Source: Saccharolobus solfataricus P2
GTDB lineage: Archaea; Thermoproteota; Thermoprotei_A; Sulfolobales; Sulfolobaceae
Assembly (NCBI RefSeq): GCF_000007005.1
Contig: NC_002754.1
DNA length: 64,000 nucleotides
Strand: one strand, 5' to 3'
Position 1 is the first letter of the stretch. Each line of letters opens with the position of its first letter. The position numbers and the translations under genes were made by a program. The notes beneath the pieces are model-generated. The model saw only the letters and a list, made by a program, of their open reading frames with translations. It had not been told where the DNA came from and made no database searches. Shown here piece by piece: positions 10,202-20,415 of the stretch.

Positions 10202-11161
10202 ATGATTTTAGAAGTGCATAATCTGAATGTGATTTATGATGAGGGAAACAGTAGAATTATTAAAGCAGTTAATGATGTTAGTTTTGGAGTAGAAAAAGGT
10301 GAAATTCTTGGAATTATAGGTGAAAGCGGCTCTGGTAAAACTACACTCATAAGCGCTATACTAAGAGCCATAAGACCTCCCGGCAAAATAATCTCTGGAA
10401 AAGTAATTTTTAACGGAATGGACATATTTTCTATGACTATTGACGAGTTTAGAAAATTATTATGGAAAGATATTTCCTATGTTCCTCAAGCTAGCCAAAA
10501 CGCCTTAAATCCGGTCTTGCCAATTAGTGAGATCTTCTATCATGAGGCAATTAGTCATGGAGAGGCCGATAAGAAAAGAGTAATTGAGAGAGCAAGTGAA
10601 TTGTTAAAGTTAGTGGGTTTAGATCCAGCTCGCGTTCTTAAAATGTATCCTTTCCAATTATCTGGTGGTATGAAACAGAGGGTAATGATAGCACTAAGCC
10701 TCCTCTTAAATCCTAAATTAATATTAATGGATGAACCTACAAGTGCTTTAGATATGCTTAATCAAGAATTATTGCTTAAGTTAATAAAAAATATAAATCA
10801 AGAAATGGGAGTTACAATAGTTTATGTAACACATGATATACTTAATATAGCGCAAATAGCTAACAGATTATTGGTTATGTACAAAGGTTATGTCATGGAA
10901 GAGGGAAAAACTGAGGAAATAATTAAGAGTCCATTAAATCCATATACATCATTATTAGTATCCTCGATTCCTTCTTTAAAAGGAGAAGTAAAGGTAATTA
11001 ATGTTCCTCTAGACGAGCCTTTAGTATCAAAAGAAAAAGGTTGTCCGTTTCTGGCTAGATGTTCTAAAGCTTTCGGTAGGTGCAAAGAGGAATTACCGGA
11101 GATTCGTTTAGTGTACGATAGAAAGGTAAGGTGTCACTTATATGGGTCTAATGGAGCTTAA
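10202..11161 (+). CDS. ABC ATPase (OppD-like)
   Basis: GESGSGKT, LSGGMKQR, MDEPT, C-terminal CPF..RC..C Fe-S/oligo_HPY tail; start moved to ATG 10202 (MILEV) because 10073 overlaps the opposite gene. Confidence 0.93.
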   Translation: MILEVHNLNVIYDEGNSRIIKAVNDVSFGVEKGEILGIIGESGSGKTTLISAILRAIRPPGKIISGKVIFNGMDIFSMTIDEFRKLLWKDISYVPQASQNALNPVLPISEIFYHEAISHGEADKKRVIERASELLKLVGLDPARVLKMYPFQLSGGMKQRVMIALSLLLNPKLILMDEPTSALDMLNQELLLKLIKNINQEMGVTIVYVTHDILNIAQIANRLLVMYKGYVMEEGKTEEIIKSPLNPYTSLLVSSIPSLKGEVKVINVPLDEPLVSKEKGCPFLARCSKAFGRCKEELPEIRLVYDRKVRCHLYGSNGA

Positions 11162-12116
11162 GGGAGTTTCCGTAATTTTCGAGGATAAAGTTGGACTGTT
11201 TAAAAAGCGTAAATTCTATGCTTTAAAGGACGTTTCTTTAAGCATGAATCAAGGGGATCTACTTATAGTATTAGGTGAAAGCGGAGCCGGTAAGACCACT
11301 TTAGGGCGAGTAATTGTAGGTTTACAAAAGCCGACGTCTGGGGAGGTAGTTTACGATGGGTATAACATCTGGAAAAATAAAAGAAAAATATTTAAAAAAT
11401 ATAGAAAGGATGTACAATTAATTCCTCAAGATCCTTACTCTACACTTCCCTTTAACAAGACTGTGGAAGAGATCTTAGTGGCTCCTATATTACGTTGGGA
11501 AAAAATTAACAAAGATGAGTTAAGAAAGCGTCTGATTAACCTACTTGAATTGGTAAAATTGACACCAGCAGAGGAATTTTTAGGTAAATATCCCCATCAG
11601 CTCTCGGGAGGACAGAAGCAAAGGCTTAGCATAGCTAGAAGTCTTTCAGTAAATCCTAGGATAATAGTTGCTGATGAGCCTGTGACAATGGTGGACGCCT
11701 CGCTGAGGATTGGAATATTAAATACATTAGCTGAAATAAAGAATAGACTCAATCTTACGATGGTATTCATAACTCACGATATTCCAATAGCCAGATACTT
11801 TTATCATCTATTTGACAAGGGTAATACAATAGTTATGTTTGCGGGTAGGATAGTGGAGAGAGCCGATTTAGAGGAAATATTAAAGGATCCATTACATCCA
11901 TATACTAATGATTTAATAAAGCTCACACCATCTATTGATAATCTATATAAAGAGATTAACGTTAAGATAAATTACGAGAGAGTAGAAAAGGGATGCCCAT
12001 ATAGGCTAAGATGTCCTTTTGCAATGGATATATGCAAAAATGAAGAGCCCAAATTATTTAAATACTCGCATGAAGTTGCGTGTTTCTTATACGGTAAGGT
12101 GGGTGAAAGTGAGTAA
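11142..12116 (+). CDS. ABC ATPase (OppF-like)
   Basis: GESGAGKT, LSGGQKQR, ADEP, HPYT, Cys-rich tail. Confidence 0.93.
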   Translation: MGLMELKGVSVIFEDKVGLFKKRKFYALKDVSLSMNQGDLLIVLGESGAGKTTLGRVIVGLQKPTSGEVVYDGYNIWKNKRKIFKKYRKDVQLIPQDPYSTLPFNKTVEEILVAPILRWEKINKDELRKRLINLLELVKLTPAEEFLGKYPHQLSGGQKQRLSIARSLSVNPRIIVADEPVTMVDASLRIGILNTLAEIKNRLNLTMVFITHDIPIARYFYHLFDKGNTIVMFAGRIVERADLEEILKDPLHPYTNDLIKLTPSIDNLYKEINVKINYERVEKGCPYRLRCPFAMDICKNEEPKLFKYSHEVACFLYGKVGESE

Positions 12117-13206
12117 GTGTATCAGAGGACTAGAGATAATAACCCCATTAGAAAGTTTTAGGGATGACATAGTAATATCTGATGGTGAAATAAGGAAAAT
12201 TGGAAGTGGAATCTGCAATGAGGAAATAAAAGTAGATAGAGGTAAATATGTAATACCTGGAATGATTGATATTCATACTCACGGTATAGGGGGAATTCTT
12301 GTAAATGACATTAGAAGTATTAATGACTATGAGAAAATGGTATCCTATTATTATTCACATGGTGTAACCACTTTCATTCCATCAACAATTTCTGAAAATG
12401 TTGAAAAATTAGTGAGTATAGCAAGGGTTTTAAATGAAGTTAAAAGTATTGGGATACACCTTGAGGGACCGTTAATAAATCCGAATAGAGCTGGTGCACA
12501 TAAATTCTTTACTAGATTCGACGAACGAATTTTAGAAATTTCTAAACTCTTTAAAATAAAGAGAATTACTATAGCACCAGAGATTTTGAGTGATAAAGAA
12601 TTAGAGAATTTAGCGGATAACTTTCAAGTTTCTTTAGGTCATACGGACGCTAATTCAGATGATACCAGAAGAGCTATAGGTTTTGGAGCATCATCAGTTA
12701 CACATTTGTTCAATGCTATGAGGCCATTCCATCATAGAGATCCCGGAATAATTGGTGTTTCGTTAACTTCTCCGATATACGCTGAAGTAATATCAGATTT
12801 GGTACACATTAATGAGATTACACTAAGTATTGTAAGTAAGTTAAAGGGGGATAAGACAATTCTAGTGACTGATTCCTTACAAGCTGCGGGATTAGGCGAA
12901 GGAGAATTTTTACTATATGGAGAAAAAATTACTTGCGATAAGGCTTGTTTCGAGGCTAATAAAAGGCTTGTAGGTAGTAACATAACTTTGGATGAAGGCG
13001 TGAGACGTGTTAGTAAAATAATTGGATTAAGAGAAGCGATAAAATATGTAACGTATTCTCCAGCATCTCTACTTAACTTAGAAAAAATAGGACAGATATC
13101 TAGGGGTTATGTTGCAGATTTAGTTATATTGGATGAAAACCTCAATGTGCTCACAACGTTAAAAAGTGGTAGTATAGTCTTCTCCATCTTTAAAAATTCA
13201 TCATAA
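12109..13206 (+). CDS. nagA: N-acetylglucosamine-6-phosphate deacetylase
   Basis: DIHTHG, HLEGP, GHT, HLFNAM, DLVH, VTD motifs; GTG start at 12109 after GGGTGA. Confidence 0.88.
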   Translation: MSKCIRGLEIITPLESFRDDIVISDGEIRKIGSGICNEEIKVDRGKYVIPGMIDIHTHGIGGILVNDIRSINDYEKMVSYYYSHGVTTFIPSTISENVEKLVSIARVLNEVKSIGIHLEGPLINPNRAGAHKFFTRFDERILEISKLFKIKRITIAPEILSDKELENLADNFQVSLGHTDANSDDTRRAIGFGASSVTHLFNAMRPFHHRDPGIIGVSLTSPIYAEVISDLVHINEITLSIVSKLKGDKTILVTDSLQAAGLGEGEFLLYGEKITCDKACFEANKRLVGSNITLDEGVRRVSKIIGLREAIKYVTYSPASLLNLEKIGQISRGYVADLVILDENLNVLTTLKSGSIVFSIFKNSS

Positions 13207-13275
13207 AAACAAGGATAATTCATTACTCATATACAAATTCATAATAATATTCATGATATTCTTATTAAATAATTT

Positions 13276-15222
13276 TTAACGTATTTTGTCTAACGCTAAT
13301 TTCAATAGCCAAACCGAAGTGCTTCCTATGTACGACATTAGCCCCACGTACTTTCCATCTATTGCATCTATTCTAGAGGATTGATCGAATGGGTTAAGCT
13401 CCTTTATCGTCTCCCATTCCCTTTTAGCTACTTCAATTCCCTCCTTAACCATTCCCCTTAATATCATATGTGCAGCTACTGCAAAGGAAACTCTAGGCCA
13501 ACATGACCTAAGTTGGGCTGTTGAAGAATCCACACTGCCATCTTCCCTTACTGCATTAGTTAAACAGTATTTAGAAGCTTTGAAGTTTAGTTCATAAATA
13601 CTTCTTAAGGCCGTATTTATTTTATCATGATCAGTTATAGGTGGTAATCCTAAAATATCACACCAGAATTGGCCTAACAATTGTGAGTTTAGACAAGACG
13701 TATTTTCCTCGTCATTTTTCTTCCATAAAATGAAATATTTGCCGTTCCATAATGAATTAAATGTCTTCTTTCCACACTCTAAAAATCTGTAATACTTATC
13801 ATCAATCTTAACATCCAAGATTTCAGACATTTTGATAAATGCGGTCAATGCTGAAAGGAACATCGATGCTATATAGGATGAGGCTCCGTACATGTGAGTT
13901 CCGTCATAGGAGTTATCGTAACCACCCTTTGAGTCCGGTATACAATCGTTATCCATATCTTTTCTTATGAGCCAATCAATTATCTCCTTTATTTTATTAT
14001 AGTTCTTCTCCAAAATTTCCCTATTAGAGGTAAACACGTAGTCTCTGTATAACATTAGGACTAAAGTAGGTCCCAAATCTGTCCACCAATATGGATATGA
14101 CGCACCGTAAATTGGATCTTCAATACTTTCCTCTCCAACATCATGTGGCGTTTCCCCATAATTTACATAGTTCATAAAGTAATTATCAGCTGATATTACT
14201 AAATCTCTGTAAAGTTCTAAGAGAGTAAATCCGAGACCATCAAAGGTCATAGAACCAATCGTATTCATTAATTTAGTAACGAATGGATCTTCATATACAG
14301 CGAATCTTCCATCTTTAGTTAACCAAGTATTTGATGTTAGTATGTACAAGCTATTTACTAACGCATCTTTTAACCACTCCACTTTCTCTTCTATTCCTAA
14401 ATCTGGTTCTAATTTGAGAGCGTATTCTGCAACATCTATAGAATCTTTAAAGAAATTTTCGTAGTAATGTCCATATGGATAGTGATAAGGTCTTCCGTTA
14501 AAATACCATGAAAGGATAAACGTTTCTTCTTCATCCACATCTTTATATACAATACCCCCTATTTCTTCTCTGGCATATGGTTTTATTACATATGTTTCAT
14601 CATATTCTTCTAAATTATAAAAATATGTGATATCTTCAGTCATTCCGACCTTAGCTGGTTTATAGTAAGCGTAATTGGTTATAACCTTACAGCCAATACA
14701 TCCAAGGAAAATTTCTCCATAAGCTGGATCAGAATTTAAGGCCTTCTCGTTTTTCATCACTACACCATTTAACTTTCCCTTATAGCTCTCATTTGCTCTA
14801 CCAGCTCTCTTACTTCCAACTATATTCGGAAAAGAAATTGCAAATCTTCCTTTACCTTTTATTCTAAACTTTATTACTGGGAGGGATGAATTCTTAACGT
14901 CATTTTTCCGTAGGATTGAATACACTTCTATTTCAGCTAGAGGTGTCGAATATCTGATAACAGGGAACTCAACAAATGTCTCAATGTCTTTTACGTAAGT
15001 ATATTGAGGAGGTGTTTCAACATTCTTGCCAGGATTAGTTTGAAGAAATATAGGTTTCTTATCTAGAAACGTTAATAGGTGGAAACCCCTTACTTTTCTA
15101 AGTGGATTTGACCAGTTGTTTAGAATAGTTATCTCGCCAATTGTGAGATCTGGGTAGAAGTTTATCTTTCCAGTACCTATTCCTCCTAAAGGTATACCAA
15201 AATTCTTCTCTATCTTCATCAT
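13276..15222 (-). CDS. glycoside hydrolase family GH116 (beta-glucosidase / beta-N-acetylglucosaminidase-like)
   Basis: N-terminal GIPLGGIGTG, PHD.G, DNSYD, SQLLGQ, W.R motifs of GH116. Confidence 0.88.
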   Translation of the reverse strand: MMKIEKNFGIPLGGIGTGKINFYPDLTIGEITILNNWSNPLRKVRGFHLLTFLDKKPIFLQTNPGKNVETPPQYTYVKDIETFVEFPVIRYSTPLAEIEVYSILRKNDVKNSSLPVIKFRIKGKGRFAISFPNIVGSKRAGRANESYKGKLNGVVMKNEKALNSDPAYGEIFLGCIGCKVITNYAYYKPAKVGMTEDITYFYNLEEYDETYVIKPYAREEIGGIVYKDVDEEETFILSWYFNGRPYHYPYGHYYENFFKDSIDVAEYALKLEPDLGIEEKVEWLKDALVNSLYILTSNTWLTKDGRFAVYEDPFVTKLMNTIGSMTFDGLGFTLLELYRDLVISADNYFMNYVNYGETPHDVGEESIEDPIYGASYPYWWTDLGPTLVLMLYRDYVFTSNREILEKNYNKIKEIIDWLIRKDMDNDCIPDSKGGYDNSYDGTHMYGASSYIASMFLSALTAFIKMSEILDVKIDDKYYRFLECGKKTFNSLWNGKYFILWKKNDEENTSCLNSQLLGQFWCDILGLPPITDHDKINTALRSIYELNFKASKYCLTNAVREDGSVDSSTAQLRSCWPRVSFAVAAHMILRGMVKEGIEVAKREWETIKELNPFDQSSRIDAIDGKYVGLMSYIGSTSVWLLKLALDKIR

Positions 15223-15255
15223 TAATTTTTTATTTACACCCGAATTTATATAGGC

Positions 15256-17610
15256 ATGCCTAACATCGAGAAATACGAAATTTTTCTGGATTTTAATGGG
15301 AATGAATATGAGGGTGTAGAGAAAATATACCTTAACTCAGAAGAAGAAAAATTAGAGCTTGATAGTGTGAATCTCGAAATAAGAAGTGTGAAATCTGATG
15401 GTAAGGATACAAAATTTGAATTGAAAGGTGAGAAATTAGTAATCTACGGAAAGATTGAAAGAGAACTTGAGATAAAGTTTAAAGGAAAAGCCTCTCGGGA
15501 TTCAATTTTAGGGATTTACGTTGCTCCTTATGATGGTAAAGGAATGATTACAACGCAATTTGAGGCAGTATACGCTAGGAGATTTATCCCATGTTTTGAT
15601 CATCCTGCAATGAAAGCTAGATTTAAACTAAGCGTTAGGGTACAAAAGGGACTAAAGGTAATATCTAATATGCCAGTTGAGAGAATAGAAGAGGATGTGG
15701 ACGGTAAGGTAATTTATCGTTTTCAAGAAACTCCTAAAATGTCTACGTATCTATTATACTTGGGAATAGATGAATTTGAGGAGATTTCTGATAACTCTAA
15801 ACAACCTACAGTAATATTAGCCACAGTACCCGGAAAATCAAAAAGAGGACTATTCGCAATTAACGTCGCCAGAAAGGTCATTGAGTTTTATGAAAAATAC
15901 TTTGAAATACCTTATCAGTTACCAAAAGTTCATTTAATACAAGTTCCCGAGTTTGCTGCTGGCGCTATGGAGAATTGGGGTGCTATTACCTTTAGGGAGA
16001 CTGCTTTGCTGGCTGATGATTCTTCTTCAATTTCTCAAAAGTTTAGAGTTGCTGAGGTTGTTGCTCATGAGTTGGCTCATCAGTGGTTTGGTAATTTGGT
16101 TACTTTGAAGTGGTGGGATGATTTGTGGTTAAACGAGAGCTTCGCAACATTCATGAGCTATAAGAGTATAAAGCATTTATTTCCCCAATGGGATAGTGAA
16201 GGTCATCTTATTTATGACGAATCTATAGGTGCTTTAGAGGATGACTCTCTTTCTACTACACATCCAATAGAGGCACATGTAAAAGATCCCCATGAAATTG
16301 AACAAATGTTTGATAATATTAGTTATGGTAAGGGGGCTAGTATTTTAAAGATGATTGAGGCTTATGTTGGTGAGGAGAATTTCAGAAGGGGGGTTGTCAA
16401 TTACTTAAATTCTTTCAAATTCGGAAATGCAGAGGGTAAGGATTTGTGGAATTCTATTTCTAACGCAGCTGGGCAGAGTATTGGAGAAATTATGGCTGAT
16501 TGGATTACAAAGCCTGGTTACCCTGTAATTTTTGTCAACGCATACGGTAATTCTATCAGGTTTTCTCAAAAAAGATTTACACTTCTTGATAGCGGTTTAA
16601 ATGAGGTTTACAAGGTTCCAATTACATATGAGATTAATGATAAATTTGGCACTCTTCTTCTGGACAAGGAATCAGCTGAAATAAGGTTAGATGAAGGTTT
16701 GAAGAGTATTAAGGTTAATATAAATAGGACTGGATTTTATAGGGTCCTTTATGATTCTCTTAATCTAGCTTTCTCATCAAAGCTTAATGCTTATGAAGAG
16801 TTGGGATTGGTTAACGACTATTGGAATTTCCTATTGGCTGATCTAATAGATGCGAAGACGTACTTTGGCGTAATTGGTAGGTTTGTATATACTTCTAACT
16901 CTTTTGTATCAAGAGAGATAACCTCTCAACTCTTAACATTATATTATCTATTTAAGAAAAATTACGGGAAAGATTTCCTAGTTAATCAAGTTAAGATATT
17001 TAGAAAGGCTAATGACGACCTAGGCAAATTAGCGTATTCAACTGTTATCAGTGCCTTAGCTAGAATGGATGAAGAGTTTGCATTAGGATTATCAACTTTA
17101 TTTGATCAATATGAAAATATAGACAGTAATATTAAAGAAGCTGTTGCAATAGCTTACGCAGTAACTAATAACGACTTCAATACTCTTCTAGAAAAGTACA
17201 AGAGGTATACAATAGATGAGGAGAAGAATAGAATATTAAGTGCAATTTCATCACTTCGTGATCCATCAATTGTAGTCAAGGTTTTCTCACTAATATTTGA
17301 AAGGAATATAAAGGCTCAAGATACTAGATTCGTTATATCTTCACTGCTACACAATCCTCATATAAGGGAGGAAGTATGTAGTTATCTTATGAACAATTTT
17401 GAGGAAGTTAAGAAATTCGTAAATACAGTTTATGGAGGTCCTTGGGGTTTAGGCTCTATAGTTAGGAGTATGTCATTCTGCGGTGTAGATAAGCCTAAAG
17501 ACATTATTGACTTTCTTGAAAAGGTGAAGTTCAAGGAGATCGAAAGACCTATTAAAGAGTCTGAAGAGAGGATAAAAGTATATTCTCGATTAAAACAAAA
17601 CCTACCATAA
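15256..17610 (+). CDS. M1 family leucyl aminopeptidase (tricorn-interacting factor F2/F3-like)
   Basis: GAMEN, HELAH + LNESFA zinc motif, YGKG. Confidence 0.95.
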   Translation: MPNIEKYEIFLDFNGNEYEGVEKIYLNSEEEKLELDSVNLEIRSVKSDGKDTKFELKGEKLVIYGKIERELEIKFKGKASRDSILGIYVAPYDGKGMITTQFEAVYARRFIPCFDHPAMKARFKLSVRVQKGLKVISNMPVERIEEDVDGKVIYRFQETPKMSTYLLYLGIDEFEEISDNSKQPTVILATVPGKSKRGLFAINVARKVIEFYEKYFEIPYQLPKVHLIQVPEFAAGAMENWGAITFRETALLADDSSSISQKFRVAEVVAHELAHQWFGNLVTLKWWDDLWLNESFATFMSYKSIKHLFPQWDSEGHLIYDESIGALEDDSLSTTHPIEAHVKDPHEIEQMFDNISYGKGASILKMIEAYVGEENFRRGVVNYLNSFKFGNAEGKDLWNSISNAAGQSIGEIMADWITKPGYPVIFVNAYGNSIRFSQKRFTLLDSGLNEVYKVPITYEINDKFGTLLLDKESAEIRLDEGLKSIKVNINRTGFYRVLYDSLNLAFSSKLNAYEELGLVNDYWNFLLADLIDAKTYFGVIGRFVYTSNSFVSREITSQLLTLYYLFKKNYGKDFLVNQVKIFRKANDDLGKLAYSTVISALARMDEEFALGLSTLFDQYENIDSNIKEAVAIAYAVTNNDFNTLLEKYKRYTIDEEKNRILSAISSLRDPSIVVKVFSLIFERNIKAQDTRFVISSLLHNPHIREEVCSYLMNNFEEVKKFVNTVYGGPWGLGSIVRSMSFCGVDKPKDIIDFLEKVKFKEIERPIKESEERIKVYSRLKQNLP

Positions 17611-17614
17611 GAAA

Positions 17615-18007
17615 TTAGGACTTTTGTATTATTTCGTCCAATTTTTTCATAAGTTCTGATTCAACATGCTCATTCCATAGCATTTCCGGCACATCAACTA
17701 CTAAGAACAATTCTGATAGAAACAGTGTCTCTAATGCTGTTATTGCTAAATTCTTTTTCCAACTACCTATACCAGCAGTCACCTTAAGGCCTTGTGTTGT
17801 ATTCTCAAAAGTAAATGTTAGGGCTCTATCTGCAGCAATTATGTCCCTTAGTATTCCACCTTTTTGGGCCTGAACTATTGCCTTATTTCCCTCAACTTTC
17901 TGTTGTACTTTCCATTTCTGAATATTTAGGTAAGACACAAACTCATTTACTACCTTGTTTAAATCTACTTGTTTAGGATATGTCTTTTCTTTTTTAAAAG
18001 GGTTCAT
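17615..18007 (-). CDS. conserved hypothetical protein
   Basis: ORF trimmed to ATG 18007 (MNPFKKEK); upstream extension overlaps the divergent promoter. Confidence 0.65.
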   Translation of the reverse strand: MNPFKKEKTYPKQVDLNKVVNEFVSYLNIQKWKVQQKVEGNKAIVQAQKGGILRDIIAADRALTFTFENTTQGLKVTAGIGSWKKNLAITALETLFLSELFLVVDVPEMLWNEHVESELMKKLDEIIQKS

Positions 18008-18089
18008 ACTATAAATGTAGTTACGTTGTATAAAAGGTTTTTGACAAGTCACATATAATTTTTTATTTTCAATATAAAGTAAGTGGAAT

Positions 18090-18854
18090 ATGCAAGATGA
18101 GTTAGTCATCTTATCCTCAATAGCATCAATAATGGTTGCAATAATAGTATTAATACTTTTCTACATAGAGAAGATAAGAACTTATGTAGGAGTTTTCTTC
18201 GTTTATTTTTCCCTCACAATGATGATAGCTATGTTCGTTGGGGCATCAATTTATTTACTCTATCCATCAAGAGTATCTTTGGCAATAGCCTTTGGAATAA
18301 ACACTTTTATTATGATACCTCTAATCGCGTACTTTTTGCTGAAAATAGCGAAGTTAGCAAATACACCGTTTAGAGGAGAAAGGACTCATGTTGTTATTTT
18401 CTCGATTCTACTAGTACTAAATGAAATATTAATGGGAACGACTTTTGGTATTGCTCAATTTGGTTTTTCTAGATTTTCAAACCTATACTATAGTCTTTAT
18501 TTTTCCATAAATAGCTATTGGTTTTTTTATCCCATGATGGCTGAGATGCTAGCACTCTATTTACTACATTATTTAAAGGGTTCAATAAATAGAGAACTTT
18601 TTCCTTTGATTGGGTTAGCGACTTTTCCGCCCACAGCGTTTGATTATCAAGAGTGGTTTTATTCAGCTCTAATATTTTCATTAGCATTTTCAATTCTAGG
18701 AAGTATTCTCTCAAAGCGTCTTTGGCGATATGTCTATCTAATGTTAATCTTATCTGAGCTAATTCTCCTTATAAATGCTATTCCATATGATATCGCAATA
18801 GCTATATCTATGATTCTATACTACTATCAAAGCCTTTTACCATTAAGGAGGTAA
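18090..18854 (+). CDS. polytopic membrane protein of unknown function
   Basis: about 8 TM; polar intramembrane motifs NE..MG and NSYWF..PM.AEM. Confidence 0.75.
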   Translation: MQDELVILSSIASIMVAIIVLILFYIEKIRTYVGVFFVYFSLTMMIAMFVGASIYLLYPSRVSLAIAFGINTFIMIPLIAYFLLKIAKLANTPFRGERTHVVIFSILLVLNEILMGTTFGIAQFGFSRFSNLYYSLYFSINSYWFFYPMMAEMLALYLLHYLKGSINRELFPLIGLATFPPTAFDYQEWFYSALIFSLAFSILGSILSKRLWRYVYLMLILSELILLINAIPYDIAIAISMILYYYQSLLPLRR

Positions 18855-20381
18855 GTTTTCTCCTACTATTTTTCCATTAACTATAATAATAAAGTACGGT
18901 ATGACTATTGGTTGTGCGTATCCATTAATGTTTAATATACTTTCATTTATTGGAATACTTATGTTCAGTTTGTAAGTGTAAAAAGTGTAATTAGGTAAAT
19001 CTTGTGTTCCATTTAGCATAACTGTAAGAGATACGTTAGTTAAGGAGAAGTTCAGTAAGAATGGAGGAGAATAAGATGTTATATTATATGTTATATTCAT
19101 TATGATAGGGAGATTCATTAGCTGTTGAGAGTTGTTATAGAGTATTTGGAATGAGGAAATATCCTTATTTAGTGAATTGCCCATTATATACACCGTAATG
19201 TTAATTGGTAAATAACCTAAGTAAATCGAAGAACCTCCAACTCTTATCGGATTAATATTATTACTATTTAAATAATTGAATGTAAAATTATAATACTCAT
19301 AATACGAATAACTATATCCACTATAAGTAATATAGACCGGACTATTGTTATCCAATGGTTTAATCCACAATTGACTGTAGCTTCCCACAGTATAGAAACC
19401 TGAGTTTGAATTTGTAAGATTATATGTGTATACTATCATGCAAAGTGGTACGTAGCCAGAAAGACTAGTTACGTGGAAAGTGATTATGTAATCCTGAGCA
19501 AAGTTAATTGATCCGTATTTGTAGTAAATATACGAGGTATTGTAGGATATGTTAAAACTACCAACTGTTTTATTATAATGGTTGCCAATCGCGTAAACTT
19601 TTCCACTCCAGTAACCATAACCAGGATATATAATATATGAATTGTTATCCTTTAAATCCAGAGCTTTTATGAAAGTAACATTTTCGAAATAGGCTATACG
19701 AACTTGGTAATAATTAGCTTGGACTTTGCTAGGGCTATTAACCATTGGCTGAAGTGTGTAATTATATAGTGGTGGCGTGGAGTTGAATATCAGTTCAACA
19801 CTTGTTATGTTTTGAGGTCCTATTAAATGATTATTTGTTGTCCTTATTGACAGAATGTTCTCATTCCCTAGACTAATAACAGTATAATTTTGGCTTGACT
19901 TATTTGGTAATAACGTTCTATCTGAAGGTGGAAGTAAAGCCAACGAGAACGCATTTCCAGTGTTGGTTACGAAACTTAATTGTCCGCTAGTTATATTCGG
20001 TCTTATAATTATTACATTCCCCGGACTCAAAATTACTCCATTCCTATTCAATGAACCATTGGTAAAGATTAGCAAATCTTTAACTGGAAATGTGTAAATT
20101 TCGCCGTTAAAAGTTGTTTCAACTACGCTTTGAATGTTATATACACCCTCGGTGTCTAGTATATATACATGAGGTATGAAGGAAATTGTTTTATTTTTTA
20201 ATTCCTCTACGATCCAATAATAACCTACTTTAGCTTTACTTAATATTTCGCCATTTATATTACTCTGAATGTTGTAGAGTTGTGTAAAATTCTCATGATT
20301 TAAGATTATTATTCCAATTAAAATAGAAAATAGCAAAACGATCACTAGAGTTATTGCAAGTAATCCTAAACTATCTTGCAT
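18843..20381 (-). CDS. large pilin-like surface glycoprotein downstream of basF
   Basis: N-terminal TM, pilin-like VTNTGN motif near residue 140, many N-x-S/T sequons, Tyr/Asn-rich beta region. Confidence 0.7.
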   Translation of the reverse strand: MQDSLGLLAITLVIVLLFSILIGIIILNHENFTQLYNIQSNINGEILSKAKVGYYWIVEELKNKTISFIPHVYILDTEGVYNIQSVVETTFNGEIYTFPVKDLLIFTNGSLNRNGVILSPGNVIIIRPNITSGQLSFVTNTGNAFSLALLPPSDRTLLPNKSSQNYTVISLGNENILSIRTTNNHLIGPQNITSVELIFNSTPPLYNYTLQPMVNSPSKVQANYYQVRIAYFENVTFIKALDLKDNNSYIIYPGYGYWSGKVYAIGNHYNKTVGSFNISYNTSYIYYKYGSINFAQDYIITFHVTSLSGYVPLCMIVYTYNLTNSNSGFYTVGSYSQLWIKPLDNNSPVYITYSGYSYSYYEYYNFTFNYLNSNNINPIRVGGSSIYLGYLPINITVYIMGNSLNKDISSFQILYNNSQQLMNLPIIMNITYNITSYSPPFLLNFSLTNVSLTVMLNGTQDLPNYTFYTYKLNISIPINESILNINGYAQPIVIPYFIIIVNGKIVGENLPP

Positions 20382-20415
20382 TAGTAAAAAATAGGAAAAG
20401 AGAAAATATAAACGT

